Below, one piece after another: positions 1 to 14,064 of a DNA stretch of 64,000 nucleotides. The position numbers were made by a program, and so were the translations under genes. The notes under the pieces are model-generated. The model was not told where the DNA came from and did not search any database. It was given only the letters and a program-made list of their open reading frames with translations. The first letter of the stretch is position 1. Every line of letters starts with the position of its first letter. The stretch spans positions 127,658,001-127,722,000 of the forward strand of contig OX597817.1 in the NCBI GenBank assembly GCA_951406725.2, read 5' to 3'. The DNA comes from Octopus vulgaris (taxonomy: Eukaryota).

Positions 1-600
1 TGTAGAGAAAATAAATCGTCTCTTCATCACTATTATCGACATCAGAGACCGTCGGAACAGATCACAAGGTTATCGAAAAGTTTATTTTACCAAGAAGAGA
101 TTAGATGGAGACGAGACAACAAATAATAGTTCCACATCTTAGTCTAATAGAGACCTTGAGGTGAAAACTGCGGACAAGTGCGAAACCCTAGGGAACTGTA
201 AGAAAATAAGATAAAGCCAAAAGAAATGGCAGAGAATAAAGTGAGATAGGCGTCCATTTTCCCTTGGAGTTAATGAAATTCGAAAAAGGGGGAAAATATG
301 TTAGTGGAGCGATTCAGGAAAGAAAACATAAAAAAGAAGTGACTTATATATTTGTGAGGAAATATGGGACGAATACAAGGAGCCTCCAAATTACGGATGG
401 TTGGTGAAAATCATATCAAAAGTTGACTTTAAGATGCTGGAGTACTCACTCAAGTATGCTCATATCTGCATTGCAGAGCGTTAGGGATGGTCTATATTCC
501 CTAAACCTTGTGGGAAATAGGCATCTTTTTGTTTTTATATATTTATTTTATGTTAAAATCTTCACACATTCTGAATACGTTATATTACTAGTTAGGGCTT

Positions 601-815
601 AGGCGGCGTGCTGGTAGAATCCTTAGTACACCCGGGAAAATGCTTAGCGGCATTTCGTTCGTTTTTGCGTTCTGAATTCAAATTCCGCCGAGTCGACTTT
701 GTCTTTCATCTTTTCGGCGTCGATAAAATACATACCAATAGAGCACTGGGGTCGATATAATCGACTTACTCCCTCATTCGAAATTGCTGACCTTATGCCA
801 AAATTCAAAACCAGT
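601..815 (+). mobile_element. tRNA-derived SINE (octopus-type family)
   Basis: Head ggcggcgtgctggtagaatc, B-box-like gaattcaaattcc; multiple copies in this window. Confidence 0.8.
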
Positions 816-1304
816 ATACTATATTACTCATTTTCGTCCTTTCACGTTGTAACGTATATGCGCAACCCCTTATATGTTCGTTAATACTTTTATCACATGC
901 TTTGTCTTATATGGTAAAATAACTATAATGAATGAAATAATAAATACTGATTTAAAATTTGACCATGGGAAATATGTACTCGTATATACATATAGAGAAA
1001 GCAAGATAATTATATACAATATTGTTCTCCCTATACGCACATTACGCACACTTGTTCACGCACACACACACAAATGCACACAAACATACACACACGCACA
1101 CATACAAGCCCGCACATACACACACAAACATATACAAGCCCGCGCGCGCGCACACACACACACACACACACATATGCCATAGTGCTCATATATCGTTAGC
1201 TATTTCATAGTACTTTTATTTATCTGGAATATTATTATATATTTTATCTTTTCTTTTGCTCTGTTATTTTTGTTTTGTAGTTTTACCATTACCGTTTGTT
1301 TTAC

Positions 1305-1364
<60 letters not shown>

Positions 1365-1441
1365 CATTATTATTATTATTATTATCATTATCATTACCAT
1401 TATTATTATTATTATTATTATTATTGTTGTTATTGTTATCA

Positions 1442-1521
<80 letters not shown>

Positions 1522-1564
1522 ATTATTATTATAATTATTGTTATTATTATTATTATTATTATTA

Positions 1565-1601
<37 letters not shown>
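1305..1601. repeat. (ATT)n microsatellite, representative of many (TA)n, (CA)n, (AAG)n, (TAGA)n and (TACA)n tracts
   Basis: Seen directly; these tracts account for most low-complexity ORFs in the track. Confidence 0.98.
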
Positions 1602-2154
1602 GTCTTGTCTAATTTTAGTTCATATATTTTTGATGGTCTTTTGTTAACTGCTTAATCACTTTATAAACATCATTTCACACGTTGAGGGACAATGAAGCAT
1701 TAGCGATTTCTAATGTATTTGTGAATAATAGCTTAAATGGAAGGCATAAAACCGTATAAACTGTGTACATGACCAATTGCTTCCTATAAAAATATAATAG
1801 CAATTTTCATTGCTTTAGTTTGCTTTATTTAGCCAAAAAAAATAAATAAAAAAATGTTTGAAAATTAATTACCGAGAAATTATACACACAAGCACACACA
1901 CACACACACCAGCTTGTATTTGTGTGTGTGTGTGTATTCGTATATATATACATGTATGTATTTATATATATATATATACATACATATATATACACACATA
2001 AACATATATATGTATATATATATACATATATATACATATATACATATATGTATATATATGAATACATGTATATACATATTTGTATACATATATATATGCA
2101 TATATATACACACATATATATAAACACATAAATAAATAAATAAATATATGCATG

Positions 2155-2206
<52 letters not shown>

Positions 2207-2477
2207 CATATATATATATATATATATATATACACACGCACATCCATATATGTTTACACGTATATGTATATCATAAATATATATAACTTATTTACACAAG
2301 CATAAATGAATATATATAAAACATGTTATGATGCATAAACATGATATACATCTATATAGTTATGCATACACATATATGCATATACATGTGTGCACATAGA
2401 TATAGACACACACATACTCATACATATATATATATATTAGTGTATATGTGTGTGTATATATATACATTTGTGTGTAT

Positions 2478-2514
<37 letters not shown>

Positions 2515-4014
2515 ATACATGTACACATACATATATATGTGCATATATGAAGTATGTTTAAGAGAAAGAAAGGGGAAGGATAAACGTATACCTCCCATAT
2601 TCACTACCACACATATTTATGTACACACAGAAAATCTCTCTCTCTCTTTTTCACAATCACGCACAGACGCACGCACGTGCACACACATATAAACGCATGC
2701 AAAACAAACGACTAGTTCCATAATGTAACTCTCAAAACCTCTCCCTCCCCCTTGTTCTCTTTCTCTCTCCCACACACATGCACACACACACACACACTTT
2801 ATATTATATAACTGAAAATGCCTATATTAAAAGTGTGTATCTGTCACTTAGATGTTTTGGTTTTTGTTTGTTTTTGCAGAAATATTAAACGCAATTATTA
2901 ATGCAGACAAAATTTACACACTACCTATTTCTATGCCTTCGTATGTTTGCACACAGACGGATATACATATAAACACACGTATAAAATTAATGGCCGAAAA
3001 GCTGTTTCTTTTTTCTTCCAAATATCATCAGTTTTGATTAAATAAATGTTCTTTTGCACTCGAATAAAAGCAAATTCTAAGGAACTTTTATAAGTTTTGA
3101 TAATAATTATTAACACCGTAATCTATAATTTAAGAAAAATAATAACCAATGACACTATACAACTAATATCTCTTAATAGTTAATATGGAAACTAGTATAG
3201 TTGAATTTCATGAAATTGCGGCATTGCTTCTGAAGTTGCATTTATTGTTACATAAGGTCAATGTTAGCTAAGATTAATCAGACCTGAATCACTACTGACT
3301 TGGTTGGGACATACACGTGCGAAAAACGTCTAGCTGCACTCCCCAACTCTGTGTTTTTGATATACCATTCCTTTGTCTGAGTGAGGACTAAAGTATACAC
3401 CACGAAATGCAATGCTTTGAGAGTCGAGGCAGATCATCGTAGTTGGCGCTGAAGTCCATCCAGCGATCCGGCTAACAGTTCGTCCCGAACAGTCTAGCAA
3501 ATTACTGCAAAAAATCCGTACGCATCTGCTTCGAATTGAGTAGCATTTATTCATCGGGCTCTGCATAAAACCGAATTATAATTTTATAATCACTTGTACC
3601 TCTGCCACTCGGGCCCATGGAATGGCTTTGGTTCTTCGTACCTTACAGCAAGTACCTTAGCTCTAACTTCGCTTTGAAGAAATGGTCAAGGTAAATCTTG
3701 CTACAATCAAGTCTGTTGCAACATCATTCCTAAAAGCCTTTTTTTAGATTTTAATTCTACTTCAATCTAGTTTTCACTATCACTAAATGCTTATTAAACC
3801 TTATTGACTCTTTTCTAATCGCCCTTTTCTGAGCGAGCCACCTTCGGCTGTTGACGATTGTCTCAGTCGGGCAGGGTGGACCTCCGCGTGATTTGAATTC
3901 GGGATGTAAAGATCCAGAATAAGTACCACAAAACATTTTCCCCAACCCCCTAACACTTCTACCAGCCCAGTAAGAACAATAATATCAACAACAATAATAA
4001 TGTTTATAATATAA

Positions 4015-4720
4015 ACATAAGGCCTGAAAGTTTGCAGGAGATCGCTAGCCGATTACATAGACCCCAGCGTTCAAATAACATTTCTTTAACCGACCCTCAA
4101 AGAATAAAAGGTAAAGTCGACCTCGACGGAATTTTAGCTCGGGACGGAAAAGCTGAATTAACACCACTAGGCATTTTGCCTGACATGCTAAATATTTTGC
4201 TAGTTCACCGCCTTAATATGTGTTCCAAATTTTGGCAGAAGGCCAGTGATCAGGGGGAAGGGGAAAGTCGATTACATCAACCCCAACTTTCAGCTGGTAC
4301 TAATTTTATCACCCGAAAGGATGAAGTGTAAAGTCGACGCTGGCAGAATTTGAACTCAAAACGTAAAGTCGGAAGATATGCCGCTACGCATTTTGCCGAC
4401 GCGCTAACGATTCTGTCAGCTCGCCGTCTTTATAAGAAGAACAGCAACAGCAGCAGCAGCAGCAGCAGCAGCAACAGCAACAACAACAACAACAACAATA
4501 ATAATAATCATTTCTATGGGCACAAGGCCTGAAATTTTGGGGGAGGGGGCCAGTTGACTACATCGACCCAGTGCGTAACTGGTAGCTATTTCATCGACCC
4601 CGAAAGGATGAAAGGCAAAGTCGACCTCGACGGAATTTGAACTCAGAACGTAAGGACAGACGAAATGCAGCTAAGCATTTTGCCCGGCGTGCTAACGGTT
4701 TAGCCAGCTCGCCGCCTTAG
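4015..4720 (-). mobile_element. Cluster of three copies of the same SINE (~4015-4215, ~4218-4430, ~4505-4720)
   Basis: Each has aaaggatgaaaggcaaagtcgac..ggaatttgaactcag-like sequence and ends in a gctcgccg-like head. Confidence 0.8.
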
Positions 4721-4721
4721 C

Positions 4722-4796
<75 letters not shown>

Positions 4797-4822
4797 AAGA
4801 AGAAGAAGAAGAAGACGAAGAA

Positions 4823-4854
<32 letters not shown>

Positions 4855-4922
4855 AGAAGAAGAAGAAGAAGAAGAAGAAGAAGAAGAAGAAGAAGAAGAA
4901 GAAGAAGAAGAAGAAGAAGAAG

Positions 4923-4953
<31 letters not shown>

Positions 4954-5911
4954 CTAGAGAGAGAAAACCAATAATGCCAAATTTAATAACTACTCTTAGT
5001 GCACACCACTCAATATCTGACATAGACAGATTTTACATTCCGATAATGTAGACAGGTAGAGTGTGTTACGCAACTAGAAGCCAATTGCAAGATATTCATT
5101 GCTTTTGAGGAACTACAAAATTATCATGTAAATAATAGTAAGAAATTGAAGCAAATAACCACATTATAGTTAAAGTCATAAAATAAATAAAAAAACATCA
5201 TACATAGCAAATTCCTTTTAAAAAGCTTTAAAATATAAATAAGGATAAATCTCATTACTGGCCAAAAAGTGAATGGCTCAAAGTTTAGACTGAAAGATAG
5301 CATTTTCAGCAGAAATGACTTAGAATAAAACATGTAATGAAAACACAATACAGTCATCGCAAACAATATAGAGATAAGGAAGAGACATTTAACCACTTGG
5401 TTTCCGGCTGCTCAGTCTTAGCCAATATTGATTACATCTACAAGCATGATAGCGGTGAGGCTCATGTACACAGTAATTAATACCAGCATTATGAAGGAGG
5501 TGCAATCATAAACCAGAATGTTTCAGAGAATGACAAAGCAATTAGAAATGACAAAGCGACTAAAGATAACAAAGTGACTAGAGATGACAAAACGACAATA
5601 CGACAATTCGCATGTACAAGATCATGGATACCCAACCGCATATACTGCCAGGAAAGTAATATTTCCTAACTGCAGTTTTGCTCCTTACAGACAATGAAGC
5701 ATCGTTCAAAGAAATGGAGAAATCCAAATAGATATATTTAGATTGGTTACTTGAATGTAGATACTGAAAAAAGGAATAATCCTTGTAATAACAAAGGATG
5801 CACACAAATGCATAACCCAATTCATAAGACTTAGACCTGTACAAGGGCATGCTGAAACGTTCCTGGGTATCGTGAAAAAACCTTGTTGGAGGCCCAACAT
5901 TCCGAGTTCCT

Positions 5912-6050
5912 GTACAGGTCTTAGAAAAACTGAAGGACCGCTACAATAAGTGTGTGAATCTGAGAGAGGAATACGTTGAATAAAATCATAATTAACTGAT
6001 CCTCCTGTATTTTCTCTTACCCTAAGCCTGGTACTTTTCAGGTCTCCGTA
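5912..6050 (+). mobile_element. Mariner 3'-end remnant
   Basis: Encodes LKDRYNKCVNLREEYVE*, followed by a TIR-like end. Confidence 0.65.
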
Positions 6051-7995
6051 TACTTGGTTCTGCAGTATATATTGCGTAATGTTTTGATATAATTACAAAT
6101 ATGAATAAATAACGCTTACACGAATAATACCATCCAAATGGTTTTAGAGCTACCCACGACTCTTTCTGCATGCTATTTATCATAATAGAACTGAGAGTAC
6201 CAAAAACACCGTGGCTATTTTGTTCATTAGATAGCGTAGAAAGCATACAAGTTCATCTTGGAATACCTGTTAAATTAATGATGTGATCTTTAACATTATA
6301 TTTTTCGTGCATTCCCTCTTCAAATTCTGCCCTAAAAGAACCTCCGCATCGCTACCATTTTTATTTTTCAGATCACGCTGCTTTAGTATCAAAATCTTGT
6401 TACTTAATCCCACAGAGAGAAATTTTGTGTCGTCCCATGAAAAGAGTTATTTTTGTATATTTTTGTGAGTCAACTTTTTATTGAAAATCCGTCTATATTG
6501 GCACTTCATGGTCGCAAAGGATTATATTTCAGGTTGATTCGAAGTGTGAGGATTTCTTATCATGGACAACTGCTGCTGAGGCCTAGACTAATTCCTCGAG
6601 TAACCAAAGTCAGTGGTTAATCTTTTGGATCTGTTGGAACAGCAGCCACAGGATCTGCTGTTGTTATATCTGATTCTACAGCTATCTGAGTTCTCTGTTA
6701 TTTACCTTTCCAGTTTTTCAATGTAGAAAGCTCTTAAATGGCTGCTTTTGCCGCATTTATAAGTATCACACTTTCTGCTCTATATCACTTGTCATAATCC
6801 ATTTGGTTTCTCACCTACAACGTTGCACAGCGAAGAAAAAGCACCGTGGCATTCGGGTAGCACTAGATCTTTTATATTCATAGAGACTGATAACCACATA
6901 GCATTTTTAGTCAATTCCGCACCTACCATTCACTCATATTACTAAAGTTGATAGCTGTTAGGGGACCAATGTTGCATCTAATTCCTTCACTTACATTCTT
7001 TGATTTCGAGGACCCATGTATAATAGTATGGGTGAGAGGATAGGTATGAAGCGCACCAACGCAGTTTGTCATCCTACTCATAATTAACTAGAAGATTAGA
7101 AACCCGCTCCCTCGTTTCTCACCATTGACAGTGAGGGTCTCATATCTTCACTTGGATAGTTCTTCTAATTGATTTCATAAGTGCATATTGAAAGATGTTC
7201 CAGTTTTCGGAAGGCAGAGGGATGCTATTTCATTAACGCAAACTGTAAACATGTGGAACCGAAACTCATTCAGTCATACATGCATCATATGATGCGTAAA
7301 CAATCCAGGACACAAGTCTGAGCTTACACAAGATACCAGATGTCATTAGCTAGCTAGAGCTTTGTTTTCTCAATTGTAGTTTTTTATATACCCTCTGTAA
7401 CAATGAAAACACGCCAATGAAGTGACTTAAACGGATTGAAACCTTCGTAGTTTTTAGACTTAGCTTCTGTCACGACTCTCTCCGAGAGCCACGACTTAAT
7501 CTTGAACTACAAAATTTCAGTTGATTGTTTAAATATCTACTACTTATATGCTTTTATCTATGTTATACATGTTATCTATATGCCAAACGAGTGGCTACTA
7601 TGCCGTAGCGCAATCTGCTAGAAATAGCAACTAAATCTCTCTGAATAACACCCTGACAGTGTATGCATGTTATGAATGAACCAATGAATGAGATATATCT
7701 AAACAATAGCGATACACAATAAAAATAACAGCTAAGTTTTCCTCAAATTGCAAATCCTATGTAAACATCAGCTTAAGTCTTGTATGATGAAATGCATAAT
7801 ATCTCGGTAAATAGAATTAAAGACCATATTTGTCTAAAGCAACATCGTAGTGTCTTATGTACACATACATACATACATGCATACATACACACACACACAT
7901 GCATACATACATACATACATACATACATACAAACATACATAAATATATAATACATATCTGAATGTGTGTACGTGTGCACGCGTAGGTGTGTGTAT

Positions 7996-8052
<57 letters not shown>

Positions 8053-8866
8053 ATAATGATGATGATGATGATAATAATGATAATAATGATAATGATAATA
8101 ATAATGATAATAATGATAAAAAGAATAATATATATGTAAATACACACACACATATATAATTATTTATATTCAAATGTGTTTATGTGTGCATGTAAGTCTG
8201 TGTCCGTATGAACATATATATATACATGAGTGTTTGTGTATGTGTGTATCTGTGTGTGTATAGTGCTTAGTAATTTCTTATGTCTCAGACATTCGTCATG
8301 GTAGCTACGGATCCTTGTCGCTTTCATTAAATAATCAGTTTTCAATGTTGTCTGTTTAATATTTAATATCACGGCAGACAACAACTTTTGCAGCCATCCG
8401 TATTTTTAATATGGTTGTATAAGCTGATGACAGTCGGTAGCAGAATCGTTAGTGTAATGACAAAATTGTTTAGCAGTATTTGCTTTAATTTTTTTACGTT
8501 ATTCTTTGGAATCTCACCAAGCTCATCATCAATTTTCATCGTTCCGAACAGAAAAAAGAAAGAAACAAACAAAAATTCCGAACACCAGAGTCCCAACCAG
8601 TTTTTAGGATAGATTTAATCGATTACAAATTAGCGAGTGATATTTTTAAGACTACTCATTGTAGAAATTTCTGTGGTGACAAGAGTGCCACGTTGCATTG
8701 GAACATGCTTTTTTATTGAAGCAATTTTGGTACATAGAAAAAGAGACTTGCTGTGTGAGCAACTTCGACCAGGCTCTCTCAAGGGATAAGAAAGTTCAGC
8801 GCTACTTCACTGCACTCTCCAGATCTACATCCGTGGTATCATGTAACTTATCTATCTATCTATCTC

Positions 8867-8932
<66 letters not shown>

Positions 8933-8964
8933 TTAATAATAATAATATTAATAATATTAATAAG

Positions 8965-9455
8965 GATTATAATAAAAACAAACAGTTCCACTCCAACCAC
9001 AAAAAGTTCTACCAAGAACTTGGCAAAAATAAAATAGAAATCACTGCAGCACCAACGGCAGAAGAAGTGGAAGAATTCTGGAAAGAAATATGGTCGGCGA
9101 ATGAACAACCAAAGAAAAGGAGTATTAAAACAACTAACTTAGCATCTGAGCAACTTTGGACCCCCATAACAAATGAAGAGGTCACCCAGGCACTGCAAAG
9201 ACTAAGCAACTGGAAGGCATGACAAGATCCCCAAATTCTGGTTGAAATATCTGACAGGAATGCACAAAAAGCTGGCTGAAAACTTTAACAACATACTGGC
9301 AGAGCCAGAGACAATGCCTGAATGGCTCACGAAGAGGAAAACCATTTTAATTCACAAATCCAATGAGACGGCAAAACCAGAAAACTACAGACCTATAACC
9401 TGTCTCCTTAAAATGTACAAAACATTCACTGCAGTAATACCACAAAGACTGAACC
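8965..9455 (+). mobile_element. R4/Dong-like LINE fragment (region preceding and starting the RT) next to (AAT)n
   Basis: KKFYQEL, EEFWKEIWS, NWKA, FWLKYL, PEWLT, PENYRPITCL..YK. Confidence 0.82.
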
Positions 9456-9457
9456 TG

Positions 9458-9997
9458 GACGAAAATTTTCAAAAAACTTTTCAAAAATTTTGATGAAAAT
9501 TTTCAAAACAATTTTCAAAAATTTTGATGAAAATTTTCAAAACAATTTTCAAAAATTTTGATTGAAATTTTCCCCAAAATTTTTAAAAAAATTTTTTTGA
9601 AAATTTTCCTCAAAAATCTTTTAAAATTTTCCCCAAAAACATTTCGAAAATTTTCACCGAAAATTTTACCCAAAAATTTTTCCAAATATTCACCGAAAAT
9701 TTTACCCAAAAATTTTTCGAAAATTTTCACGGAAATTTTCCCCCAAAATTCTCCGAAAATTTTCACCGAAAATTTTACCCAAAAATTTATCGAAAATTCT
9801 CACCGTAATTTTTTCGCAAAAAAATTTGTGCCGAAAATTTATCGAGAATTTTCTGCGAAAATTTTCCCCCAAAATTTTTCGAAACTTCTCCGTAATTTTT
9901 TCGCAAAAGTTTTTCGAAAATTTTCACCGAAAATTTTACCCAAAAATTTTTCGAAAATTTTCAACGAGAATTTTCCCAAAAAATTTTTCAACGATTT
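9458..9997. repeat. Degenerate AT-rich minisatellite built from self-complementary AAAATTTT units
   Basis: Repeated gaaaattttc / ccaaaaattttt units. Confidence 0.85.
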
Positions 9998-10661
9998 TGG
10001 CACCGCTGGCCTTCCATACTTTGTGATTTGGGCACCGCTGGGAGTTACATGTATGGATGAAAATGATTGACGACTAGCATTACGTTTGAAACTCGTGGTC
10101 AAAGCAAATTACTGTGTATGGTAAGTGCTAACTATTTGCTGGAACAATTCATAACAGCAAGCAGTGGTGTTGTTATGAAACTGCTGAATGTTGTTGTTAC
10201 CTCTCAGTGTTAATATCAAATCTTCGGTACTGTTACTTCTGGGAAAAAGTCTGCTTATTAGACTTACTAAAGCAAGGCATGCCATCACAAAGGCAGCAGA
10301 ACTAATGAGGAATTCTCCACATGATTCTTTTACCTGCTAGAAATAAGAGCCAAATTTTCCTTCAAATTGCATCCTATGGACTTGAAAACATGCAAGATGT
10401 ATGATAATTTATTTGAAAAATACATTTATCGTTATGGAATGATAAAGGTGGAAATACCTTTCGTCATAGATTTGTTCAGAACTGTCCAGAAGTTAAAAAC
10501 ATATAATAAGAGAAAAAAAACTTCCAAAGTTTACTAGAAATAGCAACTATATTTGTCGAAAAAATGGGAAGGCGATACCTGCAACACTTTATCAAGATTG
10601 ACAAAGGGTTAAGATAATCTTTTCTACTCTCGGCACAAGGCCCGAAAATGGTTAAATATGA

Positions 10662-10940
10662 CTAGGATATTATTTAGTAGTGTGCCAGCACCCTGTTGGT
10701 TTATGTTATGACTTCTCACTTCTCTTAGTACTGCAAATGGATCATCGACATGCTGCTGATTTTTCGTCTAACAAAAAAGGTCGGATAATGGAATCTAGGA
10801 ATCTAGGATATTATTTAGTAGTGTGCCAGCACCCTGTTGGTTTATGTTATGACTTCTCACTTCTCTTAGTACTGCAAATGGATCATCGACATTCTGCTGA
10901 TTTTTCGTCTAACAAAAAAGGTCGGATAATGGAATCTAGG
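10662..10940. repeat. Recent tandem duplication with a 141-bp period
   Basis: 10662-10802 is repeated at 10803-10940 with one substitution. Confidence 0.92.
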
Positions 10941-11387
10941 TATTCAACAACAAATGTCACGTTTCAAAGTTTGCAAGACTTTTAGTCAGAAGATTTTGAA
11001 TGTACTCATTCTTTTCAGAGCAATTTCAATCATCTACAGTTGTTACGACATAACACATTATTTCCACAGTTTTGAAAAAAGATAAATGTTATTCTCATGA
11101 CGACATTTACATATTAAGTCGAATATCGTGATTAGAAAGTCTGATACAGCGTTACCTATTTAGTTATCTCTTTTTGTACTTTCGTTCTTTGATTTGTCTC
11201 TCCGTCTCTCTTCCCTTCCCTCTCTCTCCCTCTCTCTCCTCCTCTCTCAACTCTTTCTCTCTCTCTATCTATCTATCTGGATAATATCTGGATACATGAT
11301 TCTCACTTTTAAACAGAAAACTGTTAAAACTCATATTTTAACAGAAAACTACAGGAATACCTGAATAAAATACAAAACGAAAAGCAG

Positions 11388-11431
<44 letters not shown>

Positions 11432-11441
11432 GTATATATAT

Positions 11442-11593
<152 letters not shown>

Positions 11594-11639
11594 TTACACT
11601 TCTGTGCTTGTCTGTTTGTATGTATATGTGTGTGTGTCT

Positions 11640-12427
11640 GCTTTTCGTTTCTTCTTCTCTAAGCTGGCTTTTATATATAATTATGACGCGAAACTCTATA
11701 ACTCCTTCTCTCTTTCATTCACCCTCTTTGGCTTCCTTCCTCTCTATCACACTCTCTCTCTCTCACTCCTCCTCATCTCTCTCACAGCCGGGTCGACGAA
11801 CTTCCTTTCGCTGACGGCCTTCTTCAGGTAAACATGTTTCTTCCTGCGCTCTTAAAATTTTTTTCGTTGTCTAGGCTTATAGGCCCTCATTATTTGTTTT
11901 CCTGTCCTGTTTCTATTCCTTCTTGCACTGTATTTTTTGTAATTGTATTTTTATTTTGCAGTTGTTTTTAATTGTATTGTTTTTACGTCCTGTTTTTGTC
12001 ACATTTTTTTCCTTGTTTTTACCCCTCTGCAAAGGAATTTTATTTAATTCTTTCGCAGGAAGGACTAGTTCGACGAGACGTGTTCTGTCCTCACCTTCGA
12101 AACACGCTGGAGTTGAACTAGGGACAGCTGATGAAGGGGATTTTTCCTTGTGTAGTTGTCTTGTGCTCGTTGTTAAAAAAATGGTCCGTTCCATGCTGTT
12201 TTTACTTTTTCGTTTCTCGTTGAGTTCTACGTCTATTTGTGGTGTCCTGTACACACGTATATATATTTATATATGCATGTATATATACATGTAGATGTAG
12301 GTACGTACATATATGTTTGTATGTATGCATATATTTTATTTATTACACTATTGTATGACTGAGCGCCCTCGCGTCGATTCGATTCCATTCGTTTCGGTTC
12401 GTTTCGTTTCTTCTTCTTCTCTAAGCT

Positions 12428-12430
<3 letters not shown>
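11640..12430 (+). mobile_element. Probable non-autonomous PLE-derived element with a short terminal direct repeat
   Basis: ttcgtttcttcttctctaagctgg occurs at ~11644 and again at ~12403-12429; flanked by microsatellite and (TA)n; contains a hammerhead-like motif. Confidence 0.5.
12076..12139 (+). ncRNA. Candidate rearranged (non-circularly permuted) hammerhead ribozyme
   Basis: cgtg-TT-ctgtcc / cttc-GAAA-cacg / ggacag-CTGATGA-a-gggg: stems I, II and III can all pair, but the strands are in non-standard order. Confidence 0.6.
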
Positions 12431-12493
<63 letters not shown>

Positions 12494-12522
12494 CGAGAAA
12501 GAAGCAACAAGAATGGATAGGT

Positions 12523-12613
12523 TTTTAGTACAATCGTTTCATACAAGGACAGGCTTTATTAAAAGTTGCAAAAATTACAGCATATAAACGTGTCCTGTAC
12601 TCATCAGCTAAAA
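12523..12613 (-). ncRNA. Type I hammerhead with extended stem II (3' end of the PLE)
   Basis: Reverse complement of the 16102-16192 ribozyme. Confidence 0.85.
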
Positions 12614-14064
12614 TACATGTGAGTTCTCTAGACATCCTATTGGTTGAGGCTATACTCATGAAGTAGATAATTAAGTAACATAAACAGATTTCCAAAGTTC
12701 ATTAAAGTTCTATAAAGATGATGTACAGTCTTATCACAGAATTTTAAAAAGTTTTAACAGCATCACAGAGAAGGTGACCTAATCCATAGTGCACATATGA
12801 ATTTCCAGAGATATGATGAGGGATTACATACTCACAGACGACAAATTTATCCATTGTTAATCACAACGAGGTGGGTCTCAATTCCTGCTTATTAGCATTA
12901 CAGAGAGGGTGAATTAATCCTTTGTATAGATGCACAATTTCCAATGGTGTAGATGTAAATTTCCAGAGAAATGAAGAGGAATTTCATATTCACAGGCGAT
13001 AAATTTATCAATGGTTGAACACAATGAGGTAGGTATGAATTCTTGTTATATGATTAGGTATTTGCCACATTAATCACATTACTGCTATTTACAAGAGGCA
13101 GTAGCTATTTAACTTTTAAAGGCTGAAGGGCTTCCTAGAGAGACAAAGAATAGAAAAGGGGAGGGAATAGAAGAAAAGAGAGAAAATAAAGGAGGAGGGA
13201 GCAAAAAAGGGGGGAGAGGGACTAAAAGAGAAGAGAAAAGGAAAAAGAGGATAGGAAGAAGAAAAAGAAAAAGAGAAAAGAGAAAGAAATAGGGAAAGAA
13301 GGGAAAAAAGAAAAAGAAAAAAGAGGGTTCTAGTTATACAGAAGAATTAGCAGACGGCAAGTCTGGTTTTAATCTACAGGCATCTAGGAACTAGAGGAGA
13401 ATATTATTCTTTGACCAGTAAAACAGCTAATTTATTGCTGTTGAAATCAGCTATGAATTTAAAGAGAATCTAAAGAGATAACACAGTCAGGGGTTTAGGG
13501 GTCAGATGCTAAAATCAGAAGAAAATACATTAGGAAAATCTAAGTATAATCTTATCAAAAAGTCATTAAAGTTTACTTATTTAATTTATTCATTTTATTG
13601 TCTTAAGGAGTTGCCTTTATTATTCATACATTGACGGACTACAGGTCAAATCTTAGAAGATCATTTACAAGGTGTTAGGGGATTGTCTATCATAATGAAG
13701 ATAATCATATTATCACCGAGGGAGTAGCCTTATTTATTTAATTTTGAAATAGAATTATGGGGCTATAGTAACTCATTTTATTTTATTAGAGTTATGTTAC
13801 TTAAATTAGATTAAGTTAGGAATTAAAATTACAAATTACAATTAAGATTTAAAAGTAAGAATTTAAAATTATGAGTTTGAAATTAAATAAAGCCTCAATT
13901 AAGCAGCGTATAAGTACTATTCATTTCCCTGTTCTCAAAAAAAACCGATGTAGATATAAGGAAAAAGATAACTGTAGTGTGAGAACCCTTAGTTATCTAC
14001 TTAAAGTAGTGTTATACTAGTAGAAATCAAGTTATATCTGTCTATCTAGTTACGAATATTCTAA

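Noticed and set aside
874-2692. Poly-I/L/Y and YI/HT-repeat ORFs here and throughout the window
   Set aside because: Translations of microsatellites.
9515-10102. ORFs of KIF/PKN repeats
   Set aside because: Artefacts of the AAAATTTT minisatellite, open on both strands.
10662-10940. CRISPR-like array
   Set aside because: A simple two-unit tandem duplication without spacers, in a eukaryotic context.
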